Source: Candidatus Omnitrophota bacterium (GTDB lineage: Bacteria > Omnitrophota > Gorgyraeia > Duberdicusellales > 4484-171). Taken from it: a stretch of DNA of 64,000 bases. The translations under genes and the position numbers were made by a program. The notes beneath the pieces were generated by a model. It was not told the DNA's origin. It saw only the letters and a program-made list of their open reading frames with translations, and ran no database searches. Where the stretch lies: contig JBAWWL010000007.1 of assembly GCA_037146775.1 (NCBI GenBank), positions 65,536 through 129,535 on the forward strand, in the 5' to 3' direction. Of the stretch, positions 28,630 to 37,611 are shown piece by piece (positions within the stretch are counted from its first letter, which is position 1; every line of letters begins with the position of its first letter).

Positions 28630-29909
28630 TCCATCGCGGCACAAAAGAAATAGGCGGTAGTTGTGTTGAGCTTATCTCAAAGAATTCCCGTATTCTGATA
28701 GATTTCGGGATGCCGCTGGTTAATTCTTCCCAGGAACCATTCGATTCAAAAGCTCTTTATGGTAAATCTATAGATGAGCTAAAAACTTTAAAGATTCTTC
28801 CGGACATTAAAGGCCTTTATGAAGGTGAGAAGCAAAAGATTGAGGCGATTTTACTTTCCCATTCCCATCTAGATCATTATGGCTTTATGCGCTATATCAA
28901 TAAAGATATACCGGTATATCTAAGTCGTGGCGCGCAGGAATTAATCCAAGTATCCAATATTTTTACACCCAACAGCATAGGAAGCTTTAATGCTCAAATC
29001 ATAGGCCATCTTAAAACCTTCCAAATAGGCAATTTCACAATAACTCCGTATCTTGTGGATCATTCTGCCTTTGACGCTTATGCTTTTCTAATCGAATCAG
29101 AAGGAAAAAGGCTATTTTATTCGGGAGATTTCCGAGCCCACGGCAGGAAGAATATTTTATTTAAACGAATGCTCAAAAATCCGCCAAAAGATATAGATTG
29201 CCTGCTTATGGAAGGCACAATGATGGGTAGGGGAAACCAACTCTATGAAAATGAAACAGCTGTAGAGAATAAAATAAAAGATGTCTTAGAAGAGCATAAA
29301 AATATTACTTTTCTTTTCGCCTCTTCGCAAAACATAGATAGAATCGTTTCAGCCTATCGAGCATGTCTAAAGACAGATTCTATTTTTGTCATTAATCTTT
29401 ATACAGCCTTTATTTTAGATAAACTGAAAGCTGTATCTACTGGTATTCCCCAATTTGACTGGAAAAATATCAGAGTGTATTTTTTGCATGCACATGCTAA
29501 TAAAATAGCTGAATTTGTATCAGTTAAATTACTTTATAAATATAACCAGCAAAGAATTAAATTTCCTGAAATAAACCAAAAGAAAAACAATATCTTGATG
29601 CTTACCGGAAAGAATTCATTTTTCCCGATTATCCTAAAAAATATCAATAATTTCAAAGGAGCCAAAATTATATACTCTATGTGGGAAGGCTATTTGGATG
29701 ATAAGTTTAGGCAGTATTGTAAAGAGCAAGGTCTTACGATAGAGCAAATTCATACCAGTGGTCACGCTACGGTAGAGGATTTAAAAGTTTTCGCCAAAGC
29801 CTTAAATCCAAAGACACTAATTCCAATTCATACCTTTGAGTCTAAAAAGTACCCGGCCATATTTAAAAATGTTAAAGTATTGAAAGACGGCGAAGAATTT
29901 AAGATATAA
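28617..29909 (+). CDS. MBL-fold / beta-CASP (RNase J-like) hydrolase
   Basis: HRG..EIGGSC, SHSHLDH, VDHSA, YSGDFRAHG, HTSGHA, IPIHT. Confidence 0.9.
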   Translation: MQLIVHRGTKEIGGSCVELISKNSRILIDFGMPLVNSSQEPFDSKALYGKSIDELKTLKILPDIKGLYEGEKQKIEAILLSHSHLDHYGFMRYINKDIPVYLSRGAQELIQVSNIFTPNSIGSFNAQIIGHLKTFQIGNFTITPYLVDHSAFDAYAFLIESEGKRLFYSGDFRAHGRKNILFKRMLKNPPKDIDCLLMEGTMMGRGNQLYENETAVENKIKDVLEEHKNITFLFASSQNIDRIVSAYRACLKTDSIFVINLYTAFILDKLKAVSTGIPQFDWKNIRVYFLHAHANKIAEFVSVKLLYKYNQQRIKFPEINQKKNNILMLTGKNSFFPIILKNINNFKGAKIIYSMWEGYLDDKFRQYCKEQGLTIEQIHTSGHATVEDLKVFAKALNPKTLIPIHTFESKKYPAIFKNVKVLKDGEEFKI

Positions 29910-29966
29910 TTGATAAGATAGTAGACCAGGTTCTGAAATTATATAACTGTCATTACCAAAATTATA

Positions 29967-30518
29967 ATGAATAAAAAACAAGTAGTAGTAATGTGTCTTT
30001 TTATCTCTCTTACTTCTTTTTGCACCACCGCATATCCAATCACCAATCCTACCATTAATTCTCAATCAAGCTATTACACCGACGAGCAATTACTGAACTT
30101 AGCAATCACCAAAGGTATTATTCCTAAAAACCGAGGCACAGATTACTTTGAGCAGGAATTAAAGAAAAAGAATTCTATAGCTATCTGGATTGTTTGGCCG
30201 AGAGAAGGCAAGATTGCTCTCGTAGACAGTCTTAAGAAAATTTTCTTAGAGAAAGAAGGGACTAAGATAAATAACCCTTCAGAATACTATGTGGATATAA
30301 TCAATACCGCACTTTATAACAGTATTTGCGAAAATAAATTGAAGAATACAAAAGGGATAAAAGCATTATTTGTGACAACAGTCTTAATGGAGGGTGATTT
30401 TGATAACGGTGAAGATAAGGTAGAGTTGCTTAAAAACCATTTAGGCGAAAAGCTATTTGAGGCTTACAAGAAAGAGTATCCTGAAAAATACCAATATTTA
30501 GTAGAAATGGCAAAATAG
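29967..30518 (+). CDS. secreted hypothetical protein
   Basis: MNKKQVVV... signal peptide. Confidence 0.65.
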   Translation: MNKKQVVVMCLFISLTSFCTTAYPITNPTINSQSSYYTDEQLLNLAITKGIIPKNRGTDYFEQELKKKNSIAIWIVWPREGKIALVDSLKKIFLEKEGTKINNPSEYYVDIINTALYNSICENKLKNTKGIKALFVTTVLMEGDFDNGEDKVELLKNHLGEKLFEAYKKEYPEKYQYLVEMAK

Positions 30519-30595
30519 AATAACTTTTGTGGTGAAGAATGGGAACGCGAAAGAAGATTTATGATACGTTAGTAAGGTTAATATAAGAAAAGTAT

Positions 30596-31258
30596 ATGTC
30601 AAAAACCGATTTTCATAAAAAAAGCGAAGAAATCAAAGATACCATTTTACACAAAATAAAAGACTTTAATAGGGTTTACAGAAGTGGTCCGGATGTGTAT
30701 TTCTATAAAAGAGTGCTTAGTCTTAACAAACAAGCAGAAAAGCTAAGTGATTTTATAAATGATGACTATAATCTTGAGATTATCTATGCTACTTTGGTGG
30801 CTTGGGATATGAATTCCCGTGGTGCTAGAATGAAGTATTTCGATGATTTTAAAGAAAATATTTTGTACTTAACTAGCCAATTTCAAAAGCTATGGAAGAA
30901 AAATCTAGGTGAAGTGGTTGATTTTGAAGCCATACTAAATGTAGTAAGTGATGTATATGACAAGCTGCATATAATGAAAACAAATGGAAAATTAGTGTCT
31001 AATTCAAAATTACTTCATTTTTTATTTCCCCATCTATTGATGCCTATGGATAGAAGTAATACACTTATGTATTTTTATCGACATACCAATGAGTCAAAAG
31101 AGAAATATTTTGATTTAATAAGATGGTCTTATGATATGACAAAGAAAAGAGGTATAATCTGGTCTAGACACTTGGATGATCATTGGAATTCTACTATCCC
31201 GAAAATATTGGACAACGCCATAATTATCAAAAATAATAAATTTATTGGAGGTGTCTAA
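30596..31258 (+). CDS. helical protein with SKxLHF..P.L.P.D motif (possible glycosylase-like fold)
   Basis: LVAWDMN.RGA and SKLLHFLFPHLLMPMD; function is inference. Confidence 0.55.
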   Translation: MSKTDFHKKSEEIKDTILHKIKDFNRVYRSGPDVYFYKRVLSLNKQAEKLSDFINDDYNLEIIYATLVAWDMNSRGARMKYFDDFKENILYLTSQFQKLWKKNLGEVVDFEAILNVVSDVYDKLHIMKTNGKLVSNSKLLHFLFPHLLMPMDRSNTLMYFYRHTNESKEKYFDLIRWSYDMTKKRGIIWSRHLDDHWNSTIPKILDNAIIIKNNKFIGGV

Positions 31259-31845
31259 TGCCTGTTTTACATAAATATAGCGAAAGGTTGGGATATTACG
31301 TTTTAGCGAATATCAAGGGGAATATCGTTACTTTCCAGACGACCGAAGCCGGAGTATCGCGTCTTAAGGAAGCAGGATATAAGAGTGAGCAGAAATTTCC
31401 TCTCCAGATTCTCGTAGACCTAGTAAGATCCGGAGATGTTTTTACTTACGGATCTGGGGCGGTAAAAGTTTCCGATCCAAAACAACTAAAGTTTGAAGAT
31501 CTTGCCCCCGCTCCGGAAGTAGAAAAACTTTTTCCTCAATGCGATAAATGCGGATCGTTTGACGATCTTAGGTTGATTGTTGTAGGGCCTTCTAAGGAAA
31601 AAGAGTCAAAAATGCTCTGTGAAGTTTGTGCGTTGAAATTGGATTTAAAAGTACAGGCCAATATTCCCGTTTCAATATTAACACATACCTCACTCAATCT
31701 ATTGATAGAACAGCAAAGCTTAAATATCGAAGATAAAAGTATCAAGGCGCTCAAAGACTGGTTTGCAGCCGAGATGTCAAAGTTTTGGAAGGAGCATTCG
31801 AAGAAAAGAAAAAGTCAGCAAACCTCTTTTGATTTTAAGGTTTAA
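31258..31845 (+). CDS. hypothetical Zn-finger protein
   Basis: CDKC...CEVC; 1-nt overlap with the upstream stop. Confidence 0.65.
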   Translation: MPVLHKYSERLGYYVLANIKGNIVTFQTTEAGVSRLKEAGYKSEQKFPLQILVDLVRSGDVFTYGSGAVKVSDPKQLKFEDLAPAPEVEKLFPQCDKCGSFDDLRLIVVGPSKEKESKMLCEVCALKLDLKVQANIPVSILTHTSLNLLIEQQSLNIEDKSIKALKDWFAAEMSKFWKEHSKKRKSQQTSFDFKV

Positions 31846-31935
31846 CACAGCAGATTGCGGGTAGTTCTATGAAAACAATTGATTACAAGAATTAGTAATT
31901 CCAGCGACATGGTAATTAATTAAGGAGGCGTTAAG

Positions 31936-32421
31936 ATGAAAAACATAATTCTGCTTTTATCTGTTTCGGTAATATTAACGATCAGCCCAGTTATTTCTTA
32001 TGTTTATAGCGAAGACGAGGGAGAGGGCGAATATCTCGGTGAATATAGCCAGAATTCTTTAGACCCGGATTCAACAAGTAACTCTATCGGGCAATACGGC
32101 AGCAAAATATCACCGAAGAGCATAAATAACCCTATAGGCGAATATGGAAGCTCAATCAGCTCTCATAGCGTAAATAATTCTCTTGCTACAGATACGCCGA
32201 AACTATATAGCCAAGACGGAAAGTATCTTGGGAAGGTAAGTAGCAATACGTTGGATCCTGATTCAATAAGTAATCCTATCGGAAGATACGGCAGTTCCAT
32301 ATCGCCTGACAGCGTGAATAATCCTATCGGCCGTTATGGAAGTAAGATTAGCCCGGAAAGCGCAAATAATCCTTTGGCTACTAAAGCGCCAAGAATAATT
32401 TATGATGGAGATAATGACTAA
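31936..32421 (+). CDS. secreted protein with SxNNPIGxYGSxIS repeats
   Basis: signal peptide and ~4 internal repeats. Confidence 0.75.
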   Translation: MKNIILLLSVSVILTISPVISYVYSEDEGEGEYLGEYSQNSLDPDSTSNSIGQYGSKISPKSINNPIGEYGSSISSHSVNNSLATDTPKLYSQDGKYLGKVSSNTLDPDSISNPIGRYGSSISPDSVNNPIGRYGSKISPESANNPLATKAPRIIYDGDND

Positions 32422-33365
32422 TGAAAAAAACATTTATTTTCCTTACTTTTATTTTTATTGCTCACCTTTCTTTTGCCTATGAAGATAGTTACTATTCAAC
32501 GCTTTACGAAAAGGCGTCTCAAGCCATACAAAAAGGTAACGAAGAGGATGCTGATTTTTACCTAGCGCGATATATGGGGACGAGTTTCTTAGATAAAGAA
32601 TCCAAAAAAGATATTACCGATCTTTCCCCCCTATTTAATTCATATAAGGTTTCGAAACCCACTGCTTTTATTTCTGGAAGATATTCAGCTGATTTTATTG
32701 ATTGGTTCATCCAGAGTTCTATTGCCCAGTGGGGAGGTGACGATGACGAAGATATAGACCCGAAAACCCATTCTTTTGGTATAGTTTCAAGTGAAAGTAA
32801 CGTATATTTTGCCACAGTTATAGGAAGTCCTTATCTTGAGGGATGGAGTATTATCAAAGATAAAGATATGAAAAAAACAGTTCTTGTCTTAATAGATTAT
32901 AGGCAGAAACCATATCTTGTTGTTGGGAAACATGAAAAAGGTATCCCAAAGAAACTTCTTGAGAAGAAAGAATTTGATTTAGATGAATTTCATCTACAGT
33001 ATGTGTGGCCCCCAGAGTTCCATGATTTAGACAAGGATGGAAAAGATGAATTGTGGGTACGATACAATAAAGCATGGGCGGATGGTTTCTCGCAGGAGTT
33101 AGTTATTTATAAGATAAAAGACAATGGATTGGAGTTGATCAAGAAGTTTGAAGGCGAGGCCGAAGGCATAGCAAGAAGATTGGATGGTAATAAAGTAGAA
33201 GTGGGTCGCGGATTTACTGATAAGAACGCTGGTCATCTAGAATTTGATCAGCATCATCTAGAAACCTGGGAATATAAAAATGGTAATTTTGTAAAGACTT
33301 CCGAAAGGAATGTTCCGCATCTTCTTTGGTCGGATGAATGGAAAAAGTACTACTTTAATAAATAA
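32421..33365 (+). CDS. secreted protein with DxDxDG motif
   Basis: signal peptide; DLDKDGKDE. Confidence 0.7.
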   Translation: MKKTFIFLTFIFIAHLSFAYEDSYYSTLYEKASQAIQKGNEEDADFYLARYMGTSFLDKESKKDITDLSPLFNSYKVSKPTAFISGRYSADFIDWFIQSSIAQWGGDDDEDIDPKTHSFGIVSSESNVYFATVIGSPYLEGWSIIKDKDMKKTVLVLIDYRQKPYLVVGKHEKGIPKKLLEKKEFDLDEFHLQYVWPPEFHDLDKDGKDELWVRYNKAWADGFSQELVIYKIKDNGLELIKKFEGEAEGIARRLDGNKVEVGRGFTDKNAGHLEFDQHHLETWEYKNGNFVKTSERNVPHLLWSDEWKKYYFNK

Positions 33366-33378
33366 CTTCGGAGGATCT

Positions 33379-34791
33379 ATGAAAAAGTTAGCAATTATAT
33401 CGCTATTAGTTTTATTACCTTTTGGATTATTTGCATATTCTATGTCAACAACCTATGAGGCAGTTGAGCAACTTGGCTATTTGGATAAACAGCTCCGTGC
33501 AATTATGACTGATGTAGAATTGTGGCTTGGGTGGGGGTTTGAAGAAAAAGATTTGGGTAAAAAAGTTATGGAATCAGCCCTTAAAGATTTATCTGATTTA
33601 AAGAAAGAAATCTCAGCCTTTGAGGTTACGGGAGAGTTAACCAGTATCAAGGATTTGGAATTGGGAGCAATAAATCGTCTTGAGAAAATTTATAGTGATA
33701 TTTATAAGAAAGACGAAAAGCAGATAGGTGAAGAGTTTAAGACATTCCATGAGTTTAGCAAGAAGTACCTTGTTGATTTTGAAGCAGCCGTAAAAAAATA
33801 TGCCCGTCAACCCAAGTTTCCCAAAGACTTTAATCCTATTTCGGAAGAGCTAGCCCTTGCGGGAAGTTCGCAGGATAAGGAAGCTTACCAAAAAGCTATT
33901 GATAAAATGCAACAAAGAAAGTTTAAGGACGCAGCTCTATTATTAAAGGATTTATTATCAAAATATCACGAAACTGCTTTTGGAGATTGCATTAAGGTCA
34001 GATTGTCTGATTGTTGGCTGAACGAAGACAATGACTCTAAGGACATATTCACAACAGAAGAGCAAGACAAAGGGGTCAAATTTCTTAAAGACATTATAGA
34101 CAGCAACAGATATTCACCAGTTCTATATAATACATTTCTTCGCTGGCGTACAAAAGAACAAGAAATGAATCACGGAATGTCTAATATGTCTGATATACCT
34201 AACAAGGAATACAATAAGAAGCGATGGTTGCTAGTTCAAGTTATACGGCGCTACTTAAAGAGTAATCCTAGTGATAAGTGGGCCATGAATCAGATCAATC
34301 TACTCATTAGCATCCCTAATATTGAACGCGGTGGTACTTACGGTAACTATAATCTCAATTACTACGGAATGTTGTATATGGATTTAGAAAAGGAAGAGAA
34401 AAAACCTTCCGCAGAATCGCGATTTAAGAAAGTGGTTGATTCTCAAGGTAATGCTTATGAGGTTGCTGAGAATGGGGATATTTACTCTGAAGGAGCACCC
34501 AAGCCAGGTCGCCAGCCTGCTTCAGTAGAGAATATTGACTATTATTTTAATGAGTCATTACAGTTGGAAGTGAATGGTCATATCCCTGAAGCATTTACGA
34601 TGTATGCGGAAATCCTATCTCTGCCCGAGGCAAATGAATCAGTTAAAACTTTGCAACGTGGAATTAGGCTAAGGATAGAAAGATTATATAATAGTGATGG
34701 TCAGATGAAGAAAAAGCTTTTAATGTACTTTGATATAAAAGAATTGAAAGATGGTAGCCTTAAAATTAACCCGAAATCTAATCCTAAATAA
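33379..34791 (+). CDS. secreted helical/TPR-like protein
   Basis: MKKLAIIS... signal after GGAGG; BamD-like helical segment. Confidence 0.7.
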   Translation: MKKLAIISLLVLLPFGLFAYSMSTTYEAVEQLGYLDKQLRAIMTDVELWLGWGFEEKDLGKKVMESALKDLSDLKKEISAFEVTGELTSIKDLELGAINRLEKIYSDIYKKDEKQIGEEFKTFHEFSKKYLVDFEAAVKKYARQPKFPKDFNPISEELALAGSSQDKEAYQKAIDKMQQRKFKDAALLLKDLLSKYHETAFGDCIKVRLSDCWLNEDNDSKDIFTTEEQDKGVKFLKDIIDSNRYSPVLYNTFLRWRTKEQEMNHGMSNMSDIPNKEYNKKRWLLVQVIRRYLKSNPSDKWAMNQINLLISIPNIERGGTYGNYNLNYYGMLYMDLEKEEKKPSAESRFKKVVDSQGNAYEVAENGDIYSEGAPKPGRQPASVENIDYYFNESLQLEVNGHIPEAFTMYAEILSLPEANESVKTLQRGIRLRIERLYNSDGQMKKKLLMYFDIKELKDGSLKINPKSNPK

Positions 34792-34808
34792 AAGTATGAA
34801 GCGCTCGG

Positions 34809-35083
34809 TACAAAATTGAAGCTGAAGCCCGATGTCCACCTAAAAGAGGCGGACATGCCTTATCTATCTCTGCTATAATGAATTACACCAATTTATCTCC
34901 AGAAATAGCGGACATTTTGGACAAATATCGCCGATAAGCCAACCTCTAAAGTCTACAATTTCCTTGTTATTTGCCAGAATCGTACCTATAATAATGATTA
35001 CACAGTAAGAGATTCTCTTATTCCTGTGCCATCTAAGCGGAGTTTTGCTTAATACCCTCCATCGTTTAATGGAGGGTATTTTT
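34809..35083 (+). repeat. family B ~230-bp element, copy 1, plus terminator
   Basis: GTCCACCTAAAAGAGGCGGACATGCCTTATCTATCTCTG...AAGCGGAGTTT; homologous to 39234, 49903 and 57313. Confidence 0.9.
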
Positions 35084-35197
35084 TTGTAAAAACTCCCCGG
35101 GTAGGGCGAAGAATCCCGAGGAGCTTCTTGTAAATTTAATTTGTAAATTTACAAGATATATATGGGCGAGTCGGGAGAGAGCCAGCGTTTGCAGCTT

Positions 35198-35240
35198 TTG
35201 ACTTTATAACCCTCTGTGATAGTATATTGCAGAGGGTTTT
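35198..35240 (+). promoter_or_regulatory. promoter-in-terminator module, copy 1
   Basis: TTGACT-N16-TAGTAT inside AACCCTCTG...CAGAGGGTTTT. Confidence 0.75.
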
Positions 35241-35273
35241 ATATTGATTGAATAATAAGAAAAAAAGGGGTGT

Positions 35274-36506
35274 ATGAATAAAAAAATAAGTGTTATTTTG
35301 CCGTTGATGTTTTTGTTTATTTCTTCATCAATCTTTGCCGAAACTACCATTCTTAAATCAGGCAAAACTATAGAAGGCAAGATACTTGATAAAACAGATA
35401 AATACATCAAGGTAGATACCGAAGGTGTACCTATAACCTACTATCTTGAAGATATTGCAAGTATTGATGGGAAAGCCATAAACACATTCAAACAGCATTC
35501 TCCCGACCAAACATTTGTTCCTTTAACTGCCAATAGTGCCGAAGAATATGTTAAAAACGGCGTTGCCCAATACAAACAAGGTAACATTCCTCGAGCCATA
35601 TCCGATTTTAGCAAAGCTATCGAAATTAACCCCAACCTTATAGGCGCTTATTGTGGGCGCGGTATCGCTTATGCCTCGCAAGGCAATTTTTCCACAGCCA
35701 TTTCAAATTATAATAAAGCTATTGAGATAGATCCTAAATATCCCAGAGCTTATAACTATCGCGGTTCTGCCTATGCTCTGCAAGGCGATTTTGCCAAAGC
35801 TATCTCTGATCTAAATAAAGCCATTGAGATAGACCCTAGCTATGCACAGGCATATTGTGAGCGTGGGCTTGCTTATAAAGGACAAAACAATTTTGCCCAA
35901 GCCATATCAGATTACACCAAAACTATTGAAATAGATCCTAAGTATGTAGAAGCTTATAATTATCGTGGGCTTATTTATTTCGCAGAAGGCAATTTCACTC
36001 AAGCTATTTCAGACTATACCAAGGCTATCGAGGTAGATCCTAACTATGCAGAGGCCTATTACGACCGTGGTCTTGCCTACAAAGAACAAAACAATTTTGT
36101 CCAAGCCATCTCTGATTTTAACAAAGCCATTGAAGTAAATCCTAAATATGTAAATGCTTATTGTGGGCGTGCTCTTGCCTATGGTTTGCAAGGCAATTAT
36201 ACTAAAGCCGTTTTTGATTTTGATAAAGCGATTGAAATAGATCCTAACTATGCAGGTGCCTATGAGTATCGTGGGCTTCTCTATGCCAGACAAGGCAATT
36301 TTGCCAAAGCTATCTCTGACCTAAATAAAGCCATTGAGATAGATCCTAAATATGTAAATACCTATAAAGATCGTAGTATCGTCTATTTTAAGCAGAAAGA
36401 TTTTGCTAAAGCCTGGGAAGATGTACACAAGGTTGAGAGTTTAGGGGATAAGGTTGACCCTGGGTTTATTGAAATGCTTAAAAAAGCCTCTGGTAGGGAA
36501 AAATAG
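35274..36506 (+). CDS. secreted TPR protein
   Basis: signal peptide, AETTILKSGKTIEGKI N-domain, ~9 TPRs (AIEIDP.Y..AY..RG). Confidence 0.92.
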   Translation: MNKKISVILPLMFLFISSSIFAETTILKSGKTIEGKILDKTDKYIKVDTEGVPITYYLEDIASIDGKAINTFKQHSPDQTFVPLTANSAEEYVKNGVAQYKQGNIPRAISDFSKAIEINPNLIGAYCGRGIAYASQGNFSTAISNYNKAIEIDPKYPRAYNYRGSAYALQGDFAKAISDLNKAIEIDPSYAQAYCERGLAYKGQNNFAQAISDYTKTIEIDPKYVEAYNYRGLIYFAEGNFTQAISDYTKAIEVDPNYAEAYYDRGLAYKEQNNFVQAISDFNKAIEVNPKYVNAYCGRALAYGLQGNYTKAVFDFDKAIEIDPNYAGAYEYRGLLYARQGNFAKAISDLNKAIEIDPKYVNTYKDRSIVYFKQKDFAKAWEDVHKVESLGDKVDPGFIEMLKKASGREK

Positions 36507-36508
36507 AC

Positions 36509-36640
36509 TTACTTTATCGACAAAACTAATAATTTCTTATCAATCTTTTCCGCTTCTTCTAGCATTAACCAGTTACAAAATTCGTCCAACCCGGGGAGCC
36601 ATAAAAAAATTACCCCACCCATTTCGGGTGGGGTTTATTT
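36509..36640. mobile_element. attR-like scar: tRNA-Asn-like 3' end, antisense recombinase-like tail, terminator
   Basis: GTCCAACCCGGGGAGCCA 36584-36601; minus frame WLPGLDEFCNWLMLEEAEKIDKKLLVLSIK*; hairpin 36612-36634. Confidence 0.6.
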
Positions 36641-36762
36641 TTTATGTTTCTTTAGATTGGTTCGAACCTCTGTGAGAGTCTAAACGAAACTTAGGGTTTT
36701 GAAGCGAAGCACACAAAATTCCTTAGTTGAGTTATCCTCTGTGAGGGCTATCTGGGTAGCTA

Positions 36763-36865
36763 TTGCCTTCTTAACCCTCTGTGATAATATAGTGCCAGTT
36801 TCACCGCAAAGTGATTGACTAGGCTAACAGGTCACCCTGTTGAGTAGACAGCCAGAGGGATTTTT
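36763..36865 (+). promoter_or_regulatory. promoter-in-terminator module, copy 2 (long, branched)
   Basis: TTGCCT-N16-TAATAT; CCCTCTG/CAGAGGG arms enclose two sub-hairpins. Confidence 0.75.
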
Positions 36866-36899
36866 ATTTAGGGTAAAATAATAAAAACGGAGGTGCGTT

Positions 36900-37313
36900 A
36901 TGAAGATAGAAAAAATAATTATTACGGCACTGGCGGTTTCGCTGTTCGGTGCGATTTTTTCAGGCGTTACCTGTGGATGGTTGTTTAATTGGGTATATAA
37001 ACTTGAGCCGACAAATGTTTGGAAGCCGATGGATGGCCCGCCTGACTTAATATTTTACATAGGAAGTTTCTTGCTCAACATAGTTCTCGCAGTTGTTTAT
37101 GCGTTACTCCGCAATGGTATTCCTGGGAAAAATAAATTAACCAAAGGCCTCATTTTCGGATTATGTGTTTGGGCTGTTGGTATGTTACCCGGGATGTTTT
37201 CAACCTATTCTTTTATGACAGTGGCTATTGGCACTGTCATTTATTGGACTATTTTAGGTTTGGTTGAAATACCGATTAAAGGTCTAATAATCGCTGCCAT
37301 ATACGGCGAATAA
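36900..37313 (+). CDS. 4-TM membrane protein
   Basis: four hydrophobic segments; GGAGG RBS. Confidence 0.8.
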   Translation: MKIEKIIITALAVSLFGAIFSGVTCGWLFNWVYKLEPTNVWKPMDGPPDLIFYIGSFLLNIVLAVVYALLRNGIPGKNKLTKGLIFGLCVWAVGMLPGMFSTYSFMTVAIGTVIYWTILGLVEIPIKGLIIAAIYGE

Positions 37314-37320
37314 TGGATTA

Positions 37321-37475
37321 TTATGCAGTTTTTCCATTTCCCCAAACATCAACCAGTTGCGAAATTTGTCCCTGCCTACCGACAGGCAGACAATCAGGGG
37401 AGCCATGTCTTTTTACTATCCGAAATTTTCGGATATATAAAAAAACCCTCAAACCGGAAAGATTGAGGGTTTTTT
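37321..37475. mobile_element. second attR-like scar with a 20-bp REP-like insertion
   Basis: CATCAACCAGTTGCGAAATTTGTC[CCTGCCTACCGACAGGCAGA]CAATCAGGGGAGCCA, then terminator 37441-37475. Confidence 0.55.
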
Positions 37476-37611
37476 AATTTTTGACCTAGAAAATAATCGC
37501 AATAAATACCTCCGTAAATATAGCTTGAAAAGGTACCAGTTTCGATATATATAATATGGTAGAATAATCGTAAGATTATAAATTTTCTATTCTTTAGAAA
37601 GGAGAATTGAT

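Noticed and set aside
34860-35030. Protein-coding reading of family B on the minus strand
   Set aside because: The frame open in copy 1 is broken by indels and stops in the other copies
35560-36400. Diversity-generating retroelement repeats in the TPR gene
   Set aside because: The 102-bp periodicity is ordinary TPR repetition; no reverse transcriptase and no adenine-specific template/variable pair
36560-36605. Intact tRNA gene
   Set aside because: Only ~18 nt resemble a tRNA 3' end; D and anticodon arms are absent
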